64,000 nt of DNA from an uncultured Candidatus Saccharibacteria bacterium (GTDB lineage: Bacteria; Patescibacteriota; CALEFQ01): assembly GCA_965230955.1 (NCBI GenBank), contig OZ246404.1, positions 782,321 through 846,320 on the forward strand, in the 5' to 3' direction. The notes under the pieces were generated by a model. The model worked only from the letters and a program-made list of their open reading frames with translations. It was not told the DNA's origin and did no database searches. The position numbers were made by a program, and so were the translations under genes. Below, piece by piece: positions 1-9,487 of the stretch; position 1 is the stretch's first letter; each line of letters opens with the position of its first letter.

Positions 1-557
1 ATATTGGCCAAAGTATCCTTGGCAGCCAAAGCCACCGCCAAACCGCCGAGGCCCAAGCCAGCCAGTAGCGCCAAAATATCAAAACCGAGGATTTCAAAAA
101 TCACCAGCGCGGCGATAATCACCAAACAGGCTTTGAATAATTTTTGGAAAGCCGGTAAAGATTTTTTCCAGGGCGTATCGGCATCAAAATTTTTATTGGT
201 AATCGTCAGTTCGATTAATTTGTCGGACAAGCGTCCGGCGAAATATACCGCCGTCACTACGATCAAAATCTTTAGGACATTATAAACAATATGAGCGACA
301 TCGCCCGGAAGTGATAATAACGGGAGAGCAAACCACACCGTTCCTAAAAAGATTCCGAAAATAAACGGGCCTTCGCTGGCATCAACGACAATATCATCCA
401 CTTTGGTTTTGGTATCAAACGCCGCCTTTTTTATACCAAAGCGAATGAAAGTATGGACCATTTTGGCCACAATGATAGCCACAATCAAAATAACGCCAAA
501 AAGAAGCCAATTCTGGACTTCTGGATCATAAACGATGTTGCCTAAACCATATTCCAT
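1..557 (-). CDS. mscS: Small-conductance mechanosensitive channel (MscS family), runs off the window edge
   Basis: Own translation from ATG 557: MEYGLGNIVY..., several TM helices, ending LLAGLGLGGLAVALAAKDTLAN (MscS TM2-TM3 signature). Not in the ORF track. Confidence 0.85.
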   Translation of the reverse strand, partial: MEYGLGNIVYDPEVQNWLLFGVILIVAIIVAKMVHTFIRFGIKKAAFDTKTKVDDIVVDASEGPFIFGIFLGTVWFALPLLSLPGDVAHIVYNVLKILIVVTAVYFAGRLSDKLIELTITNKNFDADTPWKKSLPAFQKLFKACLVIIAALVIFEILGFDILALLAGLGLGGLAVALAAKDTLAN

Positions 558-590
558 ACGCTATCAATATACCATAAGTAAAAACTAAAG

Positions 591-619
591 AAAAAGCCGA
601 AGCTCAAAGGAGCTTCGGC
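591..619 (-). terminator. Intrinsic terminator after the 660..854 ORF
   Basis: Minus strand GCCGAAGCTC-CTTT-GAGCTTCGGC-TTTTT. Confidence 0.75.
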
Positions 620-659
620 CAGAAAAAGAAAAGGCAGTGAGGATCGAGATTTGTGGTGA

Positions 660-854
660 TCAATGGTTTTCACGGCAAGATTTGATAAAGTACACAAACC
701 CCACCAACATCGCCAGGAAAATACCCACCGGCAAAAACCAAGAAACTTTTCCCCATATAGCCGCAATCAAAGTTATGATCAAGACATAACTCGCGATTAT
801 TTCGAACCCCAAGCATATGTCTTGCAAACGATCCTTAGCCTGCTGGATTTCCAT
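660..854 (-). CDS. Small 2-TM hypothetical membrane protein
   Basis: AAAGGAGG SD before ATG 854 (MEIQQAK...); TTGACA-17-TAGTGT promoter at about 910-938; terminator downstream. Confidence 0.65.
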   Translation of the reverse strand: MEIQQAKDRLQDICLGFEIIASYVLIITLIAAIWGKVSWFLPVGIFLAMLVGFVYFIKSCRENH

Positions 855-963
855 GTCTATGCCTCCTTTGAATGGAAATAAATATAACAAAACTAACTCT
901 TATGGACATACACTACACTAAAACAAAGAAAATGTCAAGTGGAAACGCCGGGAAAAAAGTATT

Positions 964-1200
964 TCAAGAAAATTTTGAGGAAGTTCGCCAAATCAGAATA
1001 CTGAAAATAAAAGCAACCAGGAAAAATATCGCGCCGTAAAAACAAGGGGTTATGAATGGATTGACCAATCCCTCCGCGCAGCCGGTGGTGCAGGCTTTTT
1101 TTTGCAACCAATTAGATAATTCAATGGCAAAATTATACCAGGCAAAAACAGTCCCGCCCAAAAGAATAACGAATTGGATGATAATCAGCCTTTTAGACAT
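964..1200 (-). CDS. Small membrane protein with Cys motifs (CTTGC, PCFYG)
   Basis: 78-aa ORF, two hydrophobic helices flanking a Cys-containing loop. Confidence 0.6.
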   Translation of the reverse strand: MSKRLIIIQFVILLGGTVFAWYNFAIELSNWLQKKACTTGCAEGLVNPFITPCFYGAIFFLVAFIFSILIWRTSSKFS

Positions 1201-1217
1201 AGGTGAAAATTTATATT

Positions 1218-1303
1218 AAGTAACAACTGCAAGTAACAGGTAACAAGTAACAAATATAAAAAATTATTCCGATTTGTTATCTGTTACCTGTTACTTGTTA
1301 CTT
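1218..1303. repeat. Inverted heptamer array (GTAACA(A/G))n-spacer-(TGTTAC(C/T))n
   Basis: aagtaacaggtaacaagtaacaaat ... atttgttatctgttacctgttacttgttactt. Confidence 0.85.
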
Positions 1304-1461
1304 TCATTTTACTCTTTTCTTTTTTAAATGCCAAACCCCGCAGGCGGTTGTGTTCCTAGATCCTAGGAACTGCACCCACGGGGCGTGTTCATCTGATATC
1401 AGGCGAGGGGGCGAAAAAATGGCCCGTGACTCCCCTGAAACGGCCTTTTTTGACTTGAATA

Positions 1462-1617
1462 CTAGCGGATTGATACTTGGCCGCCTCCAAATAATTTTTT
1501 GGGGTATTCTCTATTTTGCCAAACAGGCTCTTCTTTCACCGCCAATAAAGAAAAGTCTGTTGGGGCCGGAACGATAGAATAAATATCGTTCCGCACTATT
1601 CTAGCAGTCTCCGCCAT
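1462..1617 (-). CDS. 51-aa small protein (MAETARIVRNDIYSIVPAPTDFSLLAVKEEPVWQNREYPKKLFGGGQVSIR)
   Basis: Own translation; SD AAAGGAGGT upstream; TTGACA-17-TATTCT promoter at about 1654-1682; below the ORF-track length cutoff. Confidence 0.55.
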   Translation of the reverse strand: MAETARIVRNDIYSIVPAPTDFSLLAVKEEPVWQNREYPKKLFGGGQVSIR

Positions 1618-1746
1618 ATAGATACCTCCTTTGCCGTGGAAAGAAACATAAGAGAATATCAGACAGATCTGATTTTGTCAATATCACTCTTATTTGATTA
1701 AATCAAAAAGGAAGGACAAATCCTTCCTTTCCCATCAAATCTACGG

Positions 1747-1902
1747 CTATCCCCGCTTGGTTTTGAGGCGATTGATTTTTAGTACCGTATTGGCACCCTT
1801 GATCTGCAGTAACGACCGGCGATTCATTTCTCCTTCCGCCAGACGCCTCAATTTTTGCTGCGGTTCTTGCAATTTCCTCTTGTCTTTCTTTGAAACTTTC
1901 AT
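1747..1902 (-). CDS. 51-aa highly basic small protein (MKVSKKDKRKLQEPQQKLRRLAEGEMNRRSLLQIKGANTVLKINRLKTKRG)
   Basis: Own translation; SD GAAGGAGG upstream; hairpin GGAAGGA-TTTG-TCCTTCC-TTTT downstream at about 1705-1727. Confidence 0.55.
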   Translation of the reverse strand: MKVSKKDKRKLQEPQQKLRRLAEGEMNRRSLLQIKGANTVLKINRLKTKRG

Positions 1903-1984
1903 ATTCCCTCCTTCGCGGTAAAACGCAATAGTACGTAAAAAGTTCCCTCAATAGGCTGCTATTAAATCAGGTGGCCTGGTTTCG

Positions 1985-2419
1985 TCAATATTTTCCAGTA
2001 GAACCGAATTTTCCGGCACCGCGTTTGGTAGCGGATAGTTTGGCAACCGGGACAAACTGCACGGCGGCATATTTGATAAAAATCGCTTGAGCGATGCGCT
2101 CGCCCGCGGGGATTTTCACTGTTTTACTCGACGAGAGATTTCGTAGCGGGACAAAAACCTCGCCGCGATAATCGCTGTCGATAATACCCACGGAGTGCGG
2201 CATGTCGAGATGTTTTTTTAGCGCCAAGGACCCGCGCGGGCAAATCATGGCGAAATAATTTCGAGGAATTTCCATGAATAAACCGGTCTTAATCAGCGCT
2301 GTCTGCCCCGGCTTGATCGATACCGGATCAAGAGCCGACAAATCATAGCCCGCGGCATGCTTAGAACCGCGCACCGGCAACTTCGCTTTGGCGCTCAAAA
2401 GATTGATTTTGATTTTCAT
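1985..2419 (-). CDS. dut: dUTP diphosphatase
   Basis: AAGYDL, GIIDSDYRGE, GERIAQ and RGAGKFGSTG motifs. Confidence 0.95.
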   Translation of the reverse strand: MKIKINLLSAKAKLPVRGSKHAAGYDLSALDPVSIKPGQTALIKTGLFMEIPRNYFAMICPRGSLALKKHLDMPHSVGIIDSDYRGEVFVPLRNLSSSKTVKIPAGERIAQAIFIKYAAVQFVPVAKLSATKRGAGKFGSTGKY

Positions 2420-3528
2420 AATTTATTTTTTTTGATGGCCTGACGGATATTTTCAATCAATCGCAAATAAAATCTCACATTATGCATTGTGGCCAGCCGA
2501 ATATATAGCGGTTCGCCGGTAACCAACAAATGCCGCAAATACGCGCGGCTGAATCCGCCGCGGCAGGTCGGACAATCGCAACGCTCATCAATAACCGACA
2601 AATCCGCTTTGTATTTTTCTTGGCGGATATTCAGAACTTTATAATCCTCTTCGGGGATTTGGCTCTTGCCTTTTTTTGACTTAGTGACAAAGAGAGAGCC
2701 ATGCCGGGCATTTCGCGTCGGCAATACGCAATCAAACATATCAACTCCGCGCTTAACCGCTTCCACGATCTGATCCGGATACCCGACCCCCATCAAATAG
2801 CGCGGTTTATCCGCCGGCAGGGCGGGCACGGTATAATCCAGAATTTTATACATTGCTTTAATCGGCTCGCCGACAGCCAAGCCGCCAACCGCATAACCGT
2901 CAAAACCGAGTTTGACCAGAGCTTTCGCGCTTTCCAAACGTAATTCTTTATAAACCGATCCTTGCACAATCCCAAACAATAAATTTCCATTTTTGCATTT
3001 TGCCTTCTGCATTTTGCATTTTTGGGCCCACGCCAGCGTCTGCGCCAAATCCTGCTTAGCTTGCTCGCTCCGGCAGGGATAGGGCGAGCAAACGTCCAAC
3101 ACCATCATGATGTCGGAATTTAAGGCCTGCTGAATTTTGATGGCCGTCTCGGGATCCAAATATCGAGTCTCGCCATTCAGATGAGATTGGAATTCCACCC
3201 CGGACAGATATGTTTTTCTGATTTTAGCCAAAGAAAAAACCTGGTAGCCGCCGCTGTCGGTCAAAATAGGCTTAGGCCAATGCATGAATCCATGCAATCC
3301 GCCGGCTTTCTTGATTATTTTTTCCCCGGGACGCAGCCATAAATGATACGTGTTGGACAGTACCGTGGTCGCGCCGATTTTTTCCAGATCGGCCGGTTCC
3401 AAACCTTTGACGGCGGCCTGGGTGGCAATCGGCATAAAAAACGGCGTCGCGACTCGGCCGTGAACCAAACTCAGCTCGCCCACGCGAGCCGCCGACCGAG
3501 CGGATTTTTTCAATACTTGGTAAGACAT
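2416..3528 (-). CDS. tgt: tRNA-guanine transglycosylase
   Basis: TDSGGYQVFSL, FGIVQG, GGLAVGE, DMFDCVLPTRNAR, CxCxxC...H zinc site. Confidence 0.95.
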   Translation of the reverse strand: MSYQVLKKSARSAARVGELSLVHGRVATPFFMPIATQAAVKGLEPADLEKIGATTVLSNTYHLWLRPGEKIIKKAGGLHGFMHWPKPILTDSGGYQVFSLAKIRKTYLSGVEFQSHLNGETRYLDPETAIKIQQALNSDIMMVLDVCSPYPCRSEQAKQDLAQTLAWAQKCKMQKAKCKNGNLLFGIVQGSVYKELRLESAKALVKLGFDGYAVGGLAVGEPIKAMYKILDYTVPALPADKPRYLMGVGYPDQIVEAVKRGVDMFDCVLPTRNARHGSLFVTKSKKGKSQIPEEDYKVLNIRQEKYKADLSVIDERCDCPTCRGGFSRAYLRHLLVTGEPLYIRLATMHNVRFYLRLIENIRQAIKKNKL

Positions 3529-3603
3529 GCCGTTATCCTAACAAATGCCCGCTTTTAAGCAACTAAAATTCCCCGCCGGTTGACGGCGGGGAAAGTCAGT
3601 TGG

Positions 3604-5484
3604 CTATTTGACGACCTTGCTATCGACCGCCTTGAAAAACTTATCGCTCTTTTTCAGATCAGTCGTCAGTTCCGCCACATTGGCTTTTAGTGATACGCCG
3701 GTAAAACTATCCTGGCCGGAAATATCGGAAGTTTTGACCAGAGCCACTTCTTGTCCGATTTTGTCTTCCCCGGGAGTAATACTGATATCAAAACTGGCGA
3801 TCATTTTGTCACTTTTGTAACCTTGGTTGGCGGGAATTTTACCGATATTCCAGGTGAGCTGGCCCGATTTTGAATCATAAGTCAATTCTTGGCCGTGGCT
3901 GATAGTGTCATTTCCTTCGTATTTCACTCCCGGTGCCAGCGCGCAGATTACCTTGGCTTGATCAACATCATTGGTGTAATTCGTCACATCGACAAAATAC
4001 CTATAAGTAGTTTTTTGATTGACCTTGGGCGGCATCGGACCGGAACCCAACGGCTGGCCATCCATTTGATTGTAATAGAGGATATAAGCGCCCAATTCCA
4101 GGAAACTGTTTAACTTCGCTTCCACTGGTTCCGATTCCACCTGGTGATTAGCGCTGATGTCGATGGGAATATCCTCGCTTTGCAAGAAAGCTTTGGACAC
4201 GATATTTAATTTCTTGTCGCTGGCGGATTTTACCGGCAGATCATTGCGGTTTTTAACTTTGGTGGAAAAAGAGACAGTGCCCTTTTGCGCCGGCTGGATT
4301 AATGACAAGGCCGAGACACCGGTGCTATTCCAAGTGATTTTGCCGTTACTGTAATTTCCTCCGCCGGAATTAAAAGAAGAAAAATCGACCAAGTCGGGAC
4401 TGACTTCGACTACGATCGTGACGTTTTTGAGAGCCACCCCGCCTTGGTTTTCATAATTCACGACAAAATCAAGTTTTTCGGAAGTATCGACATTGAGCTG
4501 TTTTTGCCCGTTGATAGTTTGGCTGACCAGCACCGCCGACTGCATCACCCGCGTCGAATCTTCTTTGCGCAATTGCACCAAAAAATTACCCTGGGCATCT
4601 TTCGTACCCAATTCGGCGATGACCCGTTTGGCCTCATTATTGGTCCCGGACAAGCGGCCGCTTATTTTTACCTGGCCGCTACTCCCGCCGGCCAAAGCCG
4701 GCAGTTGCCAATTGGAATTATTCGAGCTTGGCACCGGCTGAGCCGATTGATAAACAAAGCCGTCGGGATAAGTCACCCGTAATTCTAGATCGTTTTTTTT
4801 CTCCGAGCTGCGATTTTCATAACGAATCTGATACTCGATGTTGTTTCCGCTCGCGGTCGATTGTGGCGCGTCAATGGTCAGCGTCAGGTCACCGGCCGAA
4901 ATCACCGTCATAGCCGAAGCTTCAACGGCAAATTGAGAATTGATTCCATCGGGAGTAAAACGCATGGTTCCGGAAATCGGACTCGATTCATCGGCAATTC
5001 CGGTCAACCTGCCCGTCACCGTCAAATCCTTGGAAGTGTTTGGCTCAATCCGCCCCAGTTGCCAGGTTCGATTATCATCGGATTTCAGAGACGCCTCTTG
5101 AAATTGAAAATTTCGGGGCAAGATTAATTCCACTTCCGCCTGATTCAGCGCCACTTCTTCTTTATTGACACAATTGATTCGATAAGTAAGTTCCGAACCG
5201 CTCGTCACCACCGCCGGAGCGGAAATTTCCAAATACGCCTTTTTCCCGGAAAAAATAGGCAGGCTATTCCGGATAATAATCCAAACAATAATGCCGGCAA
5301 TCGCCACCGCGGCAATCACCCCGATCAGAATCATTTTTTTCTTGTCTTTCAACAAGCGGCTCCACCAAGGTTCTTTGATCTGTTTGCGGAGCGGATCGTC
5401 AAAATGTTCCACCTCGTATTCTTCCGGTTTTTTGCGGTGCGAATGCGACGGAGCCGGCTGTCCCGGTTGGTAAATGATGACCAT
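3604..5484 (-). CDS. Single-pass membrane protein with multiple Ig-like/DUF11-type domains
   Basis: N-terminal TM, repeated beta-sandwich segments ending in W-x-L/I-G motifs. Confidence 0.7.
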   Translation of the reverse strand: MVIIYQPGQPAPSHSHRKKPEEYEVEHFDDPLRKQIKEPWWSRLLKDKKKMILIGVIAAVAIAGIIVWIIIRNSLPIFSGKKAYLEISAPAVVTSGSELTYRINCVNKEEVALNQAEVELILPRNFQFQEASLKSDDNRTWQLGRIEPNTSKDLTVTGRLTGIADESSPISGTMRFTPDGINSQFAVEASAMTVISAGDLTLTIDAPQSTASGNNIEYQIRYENRSSEKKNDLELRVTYPDGFVYQSAQPVPSSNNSNWQLPALAGGSSGQVKISGRLSGTNNEAKRVIAELGTKDAQGNFLVQLRKEDSTRVMQSAVLVSQTINGQKQLNVDTSEKLDFVVNYENQGGVALKNVTIVVEVSPDLVDFSSFNSGGGNYSNGKITWNSTGVSALSLIQPAQKGTVSFSTKVKNRNDLPVKSASDKKLNIVSKAFLQSEDIPIDISANHQVESEPVEAKLNSFLELGAYILYYNQMDGQPLGSGPMPPKVNQKTTYRYFVDVTNYTNDVDQAKVICALAPGVKYEGNDTISHGQELTYDSKSGQLTWNIGKIPANQGYKSDKMIASFDISITPGEDKIGQEVALVKTSDISGQDSFTGVSLKANVAELTTDLKKSDKFFKAVDSKVVK

Positions 5485-5561
5485 ATTTTTATTTTTAGCT
5501 TTTAAATCGTAAAATCAAACCGATCTTAAATCTTATTTCTTACTTCTTAAATCTTGTTCCC

Positions 5562-6290
5562 CTACCAACCACCGCTGCTACCGCCGCCGCCCGATCCTCC
5601 GCCACCGCCGGAAAATCCACCGCCAGAGAACCCCCCCCCGCCGCCACCGCCACCGTACCAAAAGAAACCGCCGCTACGGCCGCCTCGCCCCGTACCGCGA
5701 AAGATAATGGGCAGAATGATGAATATAAAAACAATAGCGGCAAAGATGAGCAGAGCAACCCAATCCGGCGCTTCCGAACTTTGATAATCGGTCGCCGTAT
5801 ATTCTCCCTGAATCGCCGCCATGATGGCCGAAACTCCCCGCTGTATTCCGGTATCATAATCCTCTTGTTTGAATGACGGCGTAATTTCATTGCGAATGAT
5901 CGAACTGGTGGTCACGTCCGGCAGAGCTCCCTCCAGTCCATATCCGACCTCAATGCCGACCTTGCGCTCCGCCAAGCCAATCACCAGCAAGACACCATTG
6001 TCCCGATCCTTCTTGCCAATCGCCCATTTTTCAAACAGTTCATTGCGATAAGTATCAATATCAATGCCATCAAGAGCCGGGACGATGGCCACAACAATTT
6101 CATTGGTCGTCTGCCGATCAAAATCCGCCAGAGTCGACTCCAGTTGAGATTTGGTACCGGCATTTAAAATCCCGGCATAATCATTAACTCGGCCCTGGAT
6201 TTCCGGATAGCTCGCGCCGGCTCCGGGAGCCAATGCCAATCCCGCCAGAAAAACCAGGCTGAAAAAAATTTTCAGGAATACATTTTTCAT
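5562..6290 (-). CDS. TPM domain protein with Gly-rich tail
   Basis: VNDYAGIL, DNGVLLVI, IEVGYGLEG, GGGSGGGGSSGGW; adjacent to lemA. Confidence 0.9.
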   Translation of the reverse strand: MKNVFLKIFFSLVFLAGLALAPGAGASYPEIQGRVNDYAGILNAGTKSQLESTLADFDRQTTNEIVVAIVPALDGIDIDTYRNELFEKWAIGKKDRDNGVLLVIGLAERKVGIEVGYGLEGALPDVTTSSIIRNEITPSFKQEDYDTGIQRGVSAIMAAIQGEYTATDYQSSEAPDWVALLIFAAIVFIFIILPIIFRGTGRGGRSGGFFWYGGGGGGGGFSGGGFSGGGGGSGGGGSSGGW

Positions 6291-6320
6291 TTTTATTTTC
6301 GCGCTATGACCAGTTATGCT

Positions 6321-6884
6321 TTAGAATTTGACTTCCGGCGGCTGATCGCTACCGGCTTCAGCTTTAAATAATTCTTCTTCGGTGAAACCAAACATGGCCG
6401 CAAACATTGAATTGGGCCAAACTCGCAGATACTTATTGAAATCAGTCACCTGATCGTTGTAACGACCGCGCTCGACCGCGATCCGGTTTTCCGTGCCTTC
6501 CAGCTGAGCTTGCAAACCCAAGAAATTTTCGTTGCTCTTGATCTCAGGATAAGCTTCCGCCACCGCGATCAATCGACCCAAGGCGCCATCCATATTACCG
6601 GCGGCGGCAATTTGTTGGTCACGCGTCTGCGCTGCCGCCCATTGGCTGCGGCTGTCGGTCACCTCGGTGAAGACCGTTAATTCCTGTTTGGTAATGCCTT
6701 TGACGGTTTCTACCAGATTGGGGATCAAATCCGCCCGACGCTGGTATTGGTTTTCCACCTGGCTCCAAGAATTCTGCACATCAGCCTGTTTTTGGACCAT
6801 GGTGTTATAGATGCCGACGAAGACGGCAATCACGATAACCACGATTACTAAGATGATAATAAGGGCGAGGATTCCTTTGCTCAT
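6321..6884 (-). CDS. lemA: LemA family protein
   Basis: QRRADLIPNLVETVKG, EAYPEIKSNENF, LEGTENRIAVER. Confidence 0.93.
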   Translation of the reverse strand: MSKGILALIIILVIVVIVIAVFVGIYNTMVQKQADVQNSWSQVENQYQRRADLIPNLVETVKGITKQELTVFTEVTDSRSQWAAAQTRDQQIAAAGNMDGALGRLIAVAEAYPEIKSNENFLGLQAQLEGTENRIAVERGRYNDQVTDFNKYLRVWPNSMFAAMFGFTEEELFKAEAGSDQPPEVKF

Positions 6885-6890
6885 AGATTT

Positions 6891-6950
6891 GTCTTTAGTC
6901 TTTAGTCTTTAGTCTCTGGCCAAGGGCAAAAGACTAAAGACCAAAGACTA
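6891..6950. repeat. Inverted heptamer array (GTCTTTA)3-spacer-(TAAAGAC)~3
   Basis: gtctttagtctttagtctttagtc...aaagactaaagaccaaagacta; supplies the TAG stop of the ASCH gene. Confidence 0.85.
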
Positions 6951-7679
6951 TTTAATATCTTTTAAATTATCGAGCGACAATTTACCGGCGGATAGGATTT
7001 TCTCCCGCGTCGCCGCAAACAGATCGACGCTTTCAACATTGGCGAGACGCAGCAAAGCCACCATGATTTCCCCCATTTCGGCCCGCGTATTTTCAGCGGC
7101 CCGACGCTCTTGCAGTTTTTGCACCAAGCGGCCGACTTGGGCCGTCAAAGCCAGAGCCAAATCGCGCACGTTACGAGAAGATACTCTCCCGGTTTCCTTC
7201 TCGACCAAGCTAATCAATTCTTCCAAGGACCGGAGCGAATCTCGGTCAGAAAAACGCAATGACATTTGTAAACGAGAACTGATGCCCGGCACATCGCTGA
7301 GCACTACCCAAGCCCGCTTGTCATGCTTTTCAAGCACCAGCGGATTGGCCAGCGGCACAGGATTTTTGATGAAAATCAAAGTGGCGTACTGGGCATCTTT
7401 CTTGTCCTGCCAAAAACTTTTATCCGCCCTGATTTCCTCATCATATTCGCGCCGGAGGCCGCCTAGTTTTTTGGGATTCAGGTCGGAAAAAAACAAAACA
7501 TTATCAGCCAAAAACTTTCCTTTTACCTTTCCCCCGGATTCTTTCATGAAAATCTCGTCCCCGCGCTTAACTTTTTTATACGGAGCAAACTGAAACTTCG
7601 AGAAACGACTCTCGATCGTTTTTTGTCCCGATAAAATCTGGTCGATTACGCCTTTGGTAAATACGGCCAGGTGTTGCAT
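6948..7679 (-). CDS. ASCH domain fused to a degenerate MazG-like helical domain
   Basis: N-terminal ILSGQKTIESR...GDEIFMK (ASCH); C-terminal LTAQVGRL...AEMGEIMVALLRLANVESVDL (MazG-like pattern). Confidence 0.7.
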   Translation of the reverse strand: MQHLAVFTKGVIDQILSGQKTIESRFSKFQFAPYKKVKRGDEIFMKESGGKVKGKFLADNVLFFSDLNPKKLGGLRREYDEEIRADKSFWQDKKDAQYATLIFIKNPVPLANPLVLEKHDKRAWVVLSDVPGISSRLQMSLRFSDRDSLRSLEELISLVEKETGRVSSRNVRDLALALTAQVGRLVQKLQERRAAENTRAEMGEIMVALLRLANVESVDLFAATREKILSAGKLSLDNLKDIK

Positions 7680-7810
7680 AAATAACCATTAATTTCCTTT
7701 TATTATAGAGGCAAAAGGCGGGAAAGTCAAAGAAAACTGCGCTCCTTGCCAAAAAATGCCGGCGGCGTTAACATATCAAGAAGATTTTTCCCAAAACGAA
7801 AGGAGGGATT

Positions 7811-8164
7811 ATGGGTCTGCGTTTAGGCTACCGTTCACTGATGGACCACAGAGTGGCTACCGGTTCGGCCATCCTGGAGAATTCGAAGATTTCCGCACAT
7901 TTGGAAGAAAAAAACCAGGACGACTCCACCATCGTGCAATCATCAGTCCAAGGGAAAATGGGCAAATATCTGGCGTGGCTGACCAAGACTTATCAGGATA
8001 CTAATTTGTGCCCGGTACGTTACGGGCTCATTCGCTTGCCCTGGACCCGTCATTGGTTCGGATTCTATATTGTCATCGAAAAGGATGGACGAAGCGGAAT
8101 TGATCAGTATTTCGAACCACGAGAGATTCATGGATTGGGATTGGCCTGGGCCAGCCGGGATTAA
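7811..8164 (+). CDS. Hypothetical protein (orphan cassette)
   Basis: TTGCCA-17-TAACAT promoter, AAAGGAGG SD, terminator at 8182-8216. Confidence 0.6.
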   Translation: MGLRLGYRSLMDHRVATGSAILENSKISAHLEEKNQDDSTIVQSSVQGKMGKYLAWLTKTYQDTNLCPVRYGLIRLPWTRHWFGFYIVIEKDGRSGIDQYFEPREIHGLGLAWASRD

Positions 8165-8209
8165 AATTCGCCGAAACTCGCACAGCCCCGGGTTTTTCCT
8201 CGGGCTGTT

Positions 8210-8989
8210 TTATTTTGATAAAACAGCATCTTGCCGCTCAACCAGTTCCAGAAATTTTTCCGTCCGCAGCTGTCGTTCCAAAGTATAGCGGATAAAATCT
8301 TTTAAAACTCGGCGCAGAGTCACGACCGCCGCCGGTGGCAATGCCGCCCACTGCGATGGTTTGATTTGGCGCTCCAACAACAGACGCAAAATTTTGATGA
8401 CTTCGGAAGATACCGGTATCGAGCCGCTAATCATGCAATCGCGGCAAATCACTCCACCGTGGGCGGAAGAAAATTTATTCCCCAGAGGTTGCAGCTTTTT
8501 CCCGCAGTGAGCGCATTTTTTCACCTCCGGCTTAAAACCGAGCAGAACCAGCATCTGCAATTCCACGTTGGATAAGAAAAGAGGCCAATATTTTTTTTCA
8601 CTGATCGGCGAATCATTCAAAGTCCGCAGGCTCCATTCCAGTAAATGATAAAGCCGCGTATCGCGATGACCTTCTTCGGTCAGGTAAAAAACCAGCTCGC
8701 AGATGTAAAATGCCAGTGAAGTTTTTTGCAAATCGGCGGAAAATCCGGAGAAAACGGCTAAACTCTGAGCGCCGGTGATAATATTATTTTTTCCGCCCTC
8801 AACAATCCCCAGCTCCACCACCCCCAACAATTCTAAATGACCGGCCAGCTTGCTTTTGATGCGTCGAACACCGTTCGCTTTCAAACGCAAACGCCCCAAA
8901 GTCGGAGTGTAGACATCAAGCAGCCGATCCGCTTCACCGATATTTTTACGGCGGATGATAATTCCTTTAGTTTTATACATTTTCCGCAT
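8210..8989 (-). CDS. recO: DNA repair protein RecO
   Basis: GEADRLL...GRL..ANGVRRIKSKL, CxxC...CxxC zinc finger; start placed at ATG 8989, 6 nt after TATAAT. Confidence 0.92.
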   Translation of the reverse strand: MRKMYKTKGIIIRRKNIGEADRLLDVYTPTLGRLRLKANGVRRIKSKLAGHLELLGVVELGIVEGGKNNIITGAQSLAVFSGFSADLQKTSLAFYICELVFYLTEEGHRDTRLYHLLEWSLRTLNDSPISEKKYWPLFLSNVELQMLVLLGFKPEVKKCAHCGKKLQPLGNKFSSAHGGVICRDCMISGSIPVSSEVIKILRLLLERQIKPSQWAALPPAAVVTLRRVLKDFIRYTLERQLRTEKFLELVERQDAVLSK

Positions 8990-9077
8990 AGTGTAATTAT
9001 ACCACAATGCGATTGTTGTTTTGACTTTTCACCGAGTTCTGATACGATATGGAGTCATCGAGAAAAGGAGGAAGCTG

Positions 9078-9389
9078 ATGATGCATTGTTTAATAACACT
9101 CAGAGGAGGACGGGTAATCACTTTTGAAGAGTGGTATCAGTGGGATAATCGCGAAAAACTGCTGTTTCGATTGCGCCGACTACCCTGTCGGCCGGGCACC
9201 TATCTGCTGTGGTACGGGCCAACCAACCCGCGCAATCGCGTCGGTTCACTATCGGAAATACTGGGGAAAGAGTTCCCGAAAAAAATCGTAATTCAAGAAA
9301 CAATGGAAATGCCCGATCCGACGCCGGATAAAATCCGCGCGCTTTTCCCCGAATTTTACCGAATCGGATTTACCCATCTCGATTTCTAG
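9078..9389 (+). CDS. Hypothetical protein (orphan cassette)
   Basis: TTGACT-16-TACGAT promoter at 9021-9048, AAAAGGAGG SD before ATG 9078, hairpin at about 9389-9416. Confidence 0.55.
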   Translation: MMHCLITLRGGRVITFEEWYQWDNREKLLFRLRRLPCRPGTYLLWYGPTNPRNRVGSLSEILGKEFPKKIVIQETMEMPDPTPDKIRALFPEFYRIGFTHLDF

Positions 9390-9487
9390 CACCGCTCGGT
9401 CTTCACCGGCGGTGCTTCCTTATCCCTTGACTTTTCCATAATTTCTGATACATTGTAGCCAACCAAACCCAAAAGGAGGAATAGCCA

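Noticed and set aside
1703-1951. ORF-track 82-aa ORF
   Set aside because: An overlapping frame (1747-1902) has a strong SD, an ATG and a terminator; this ORF runs through that terminator.
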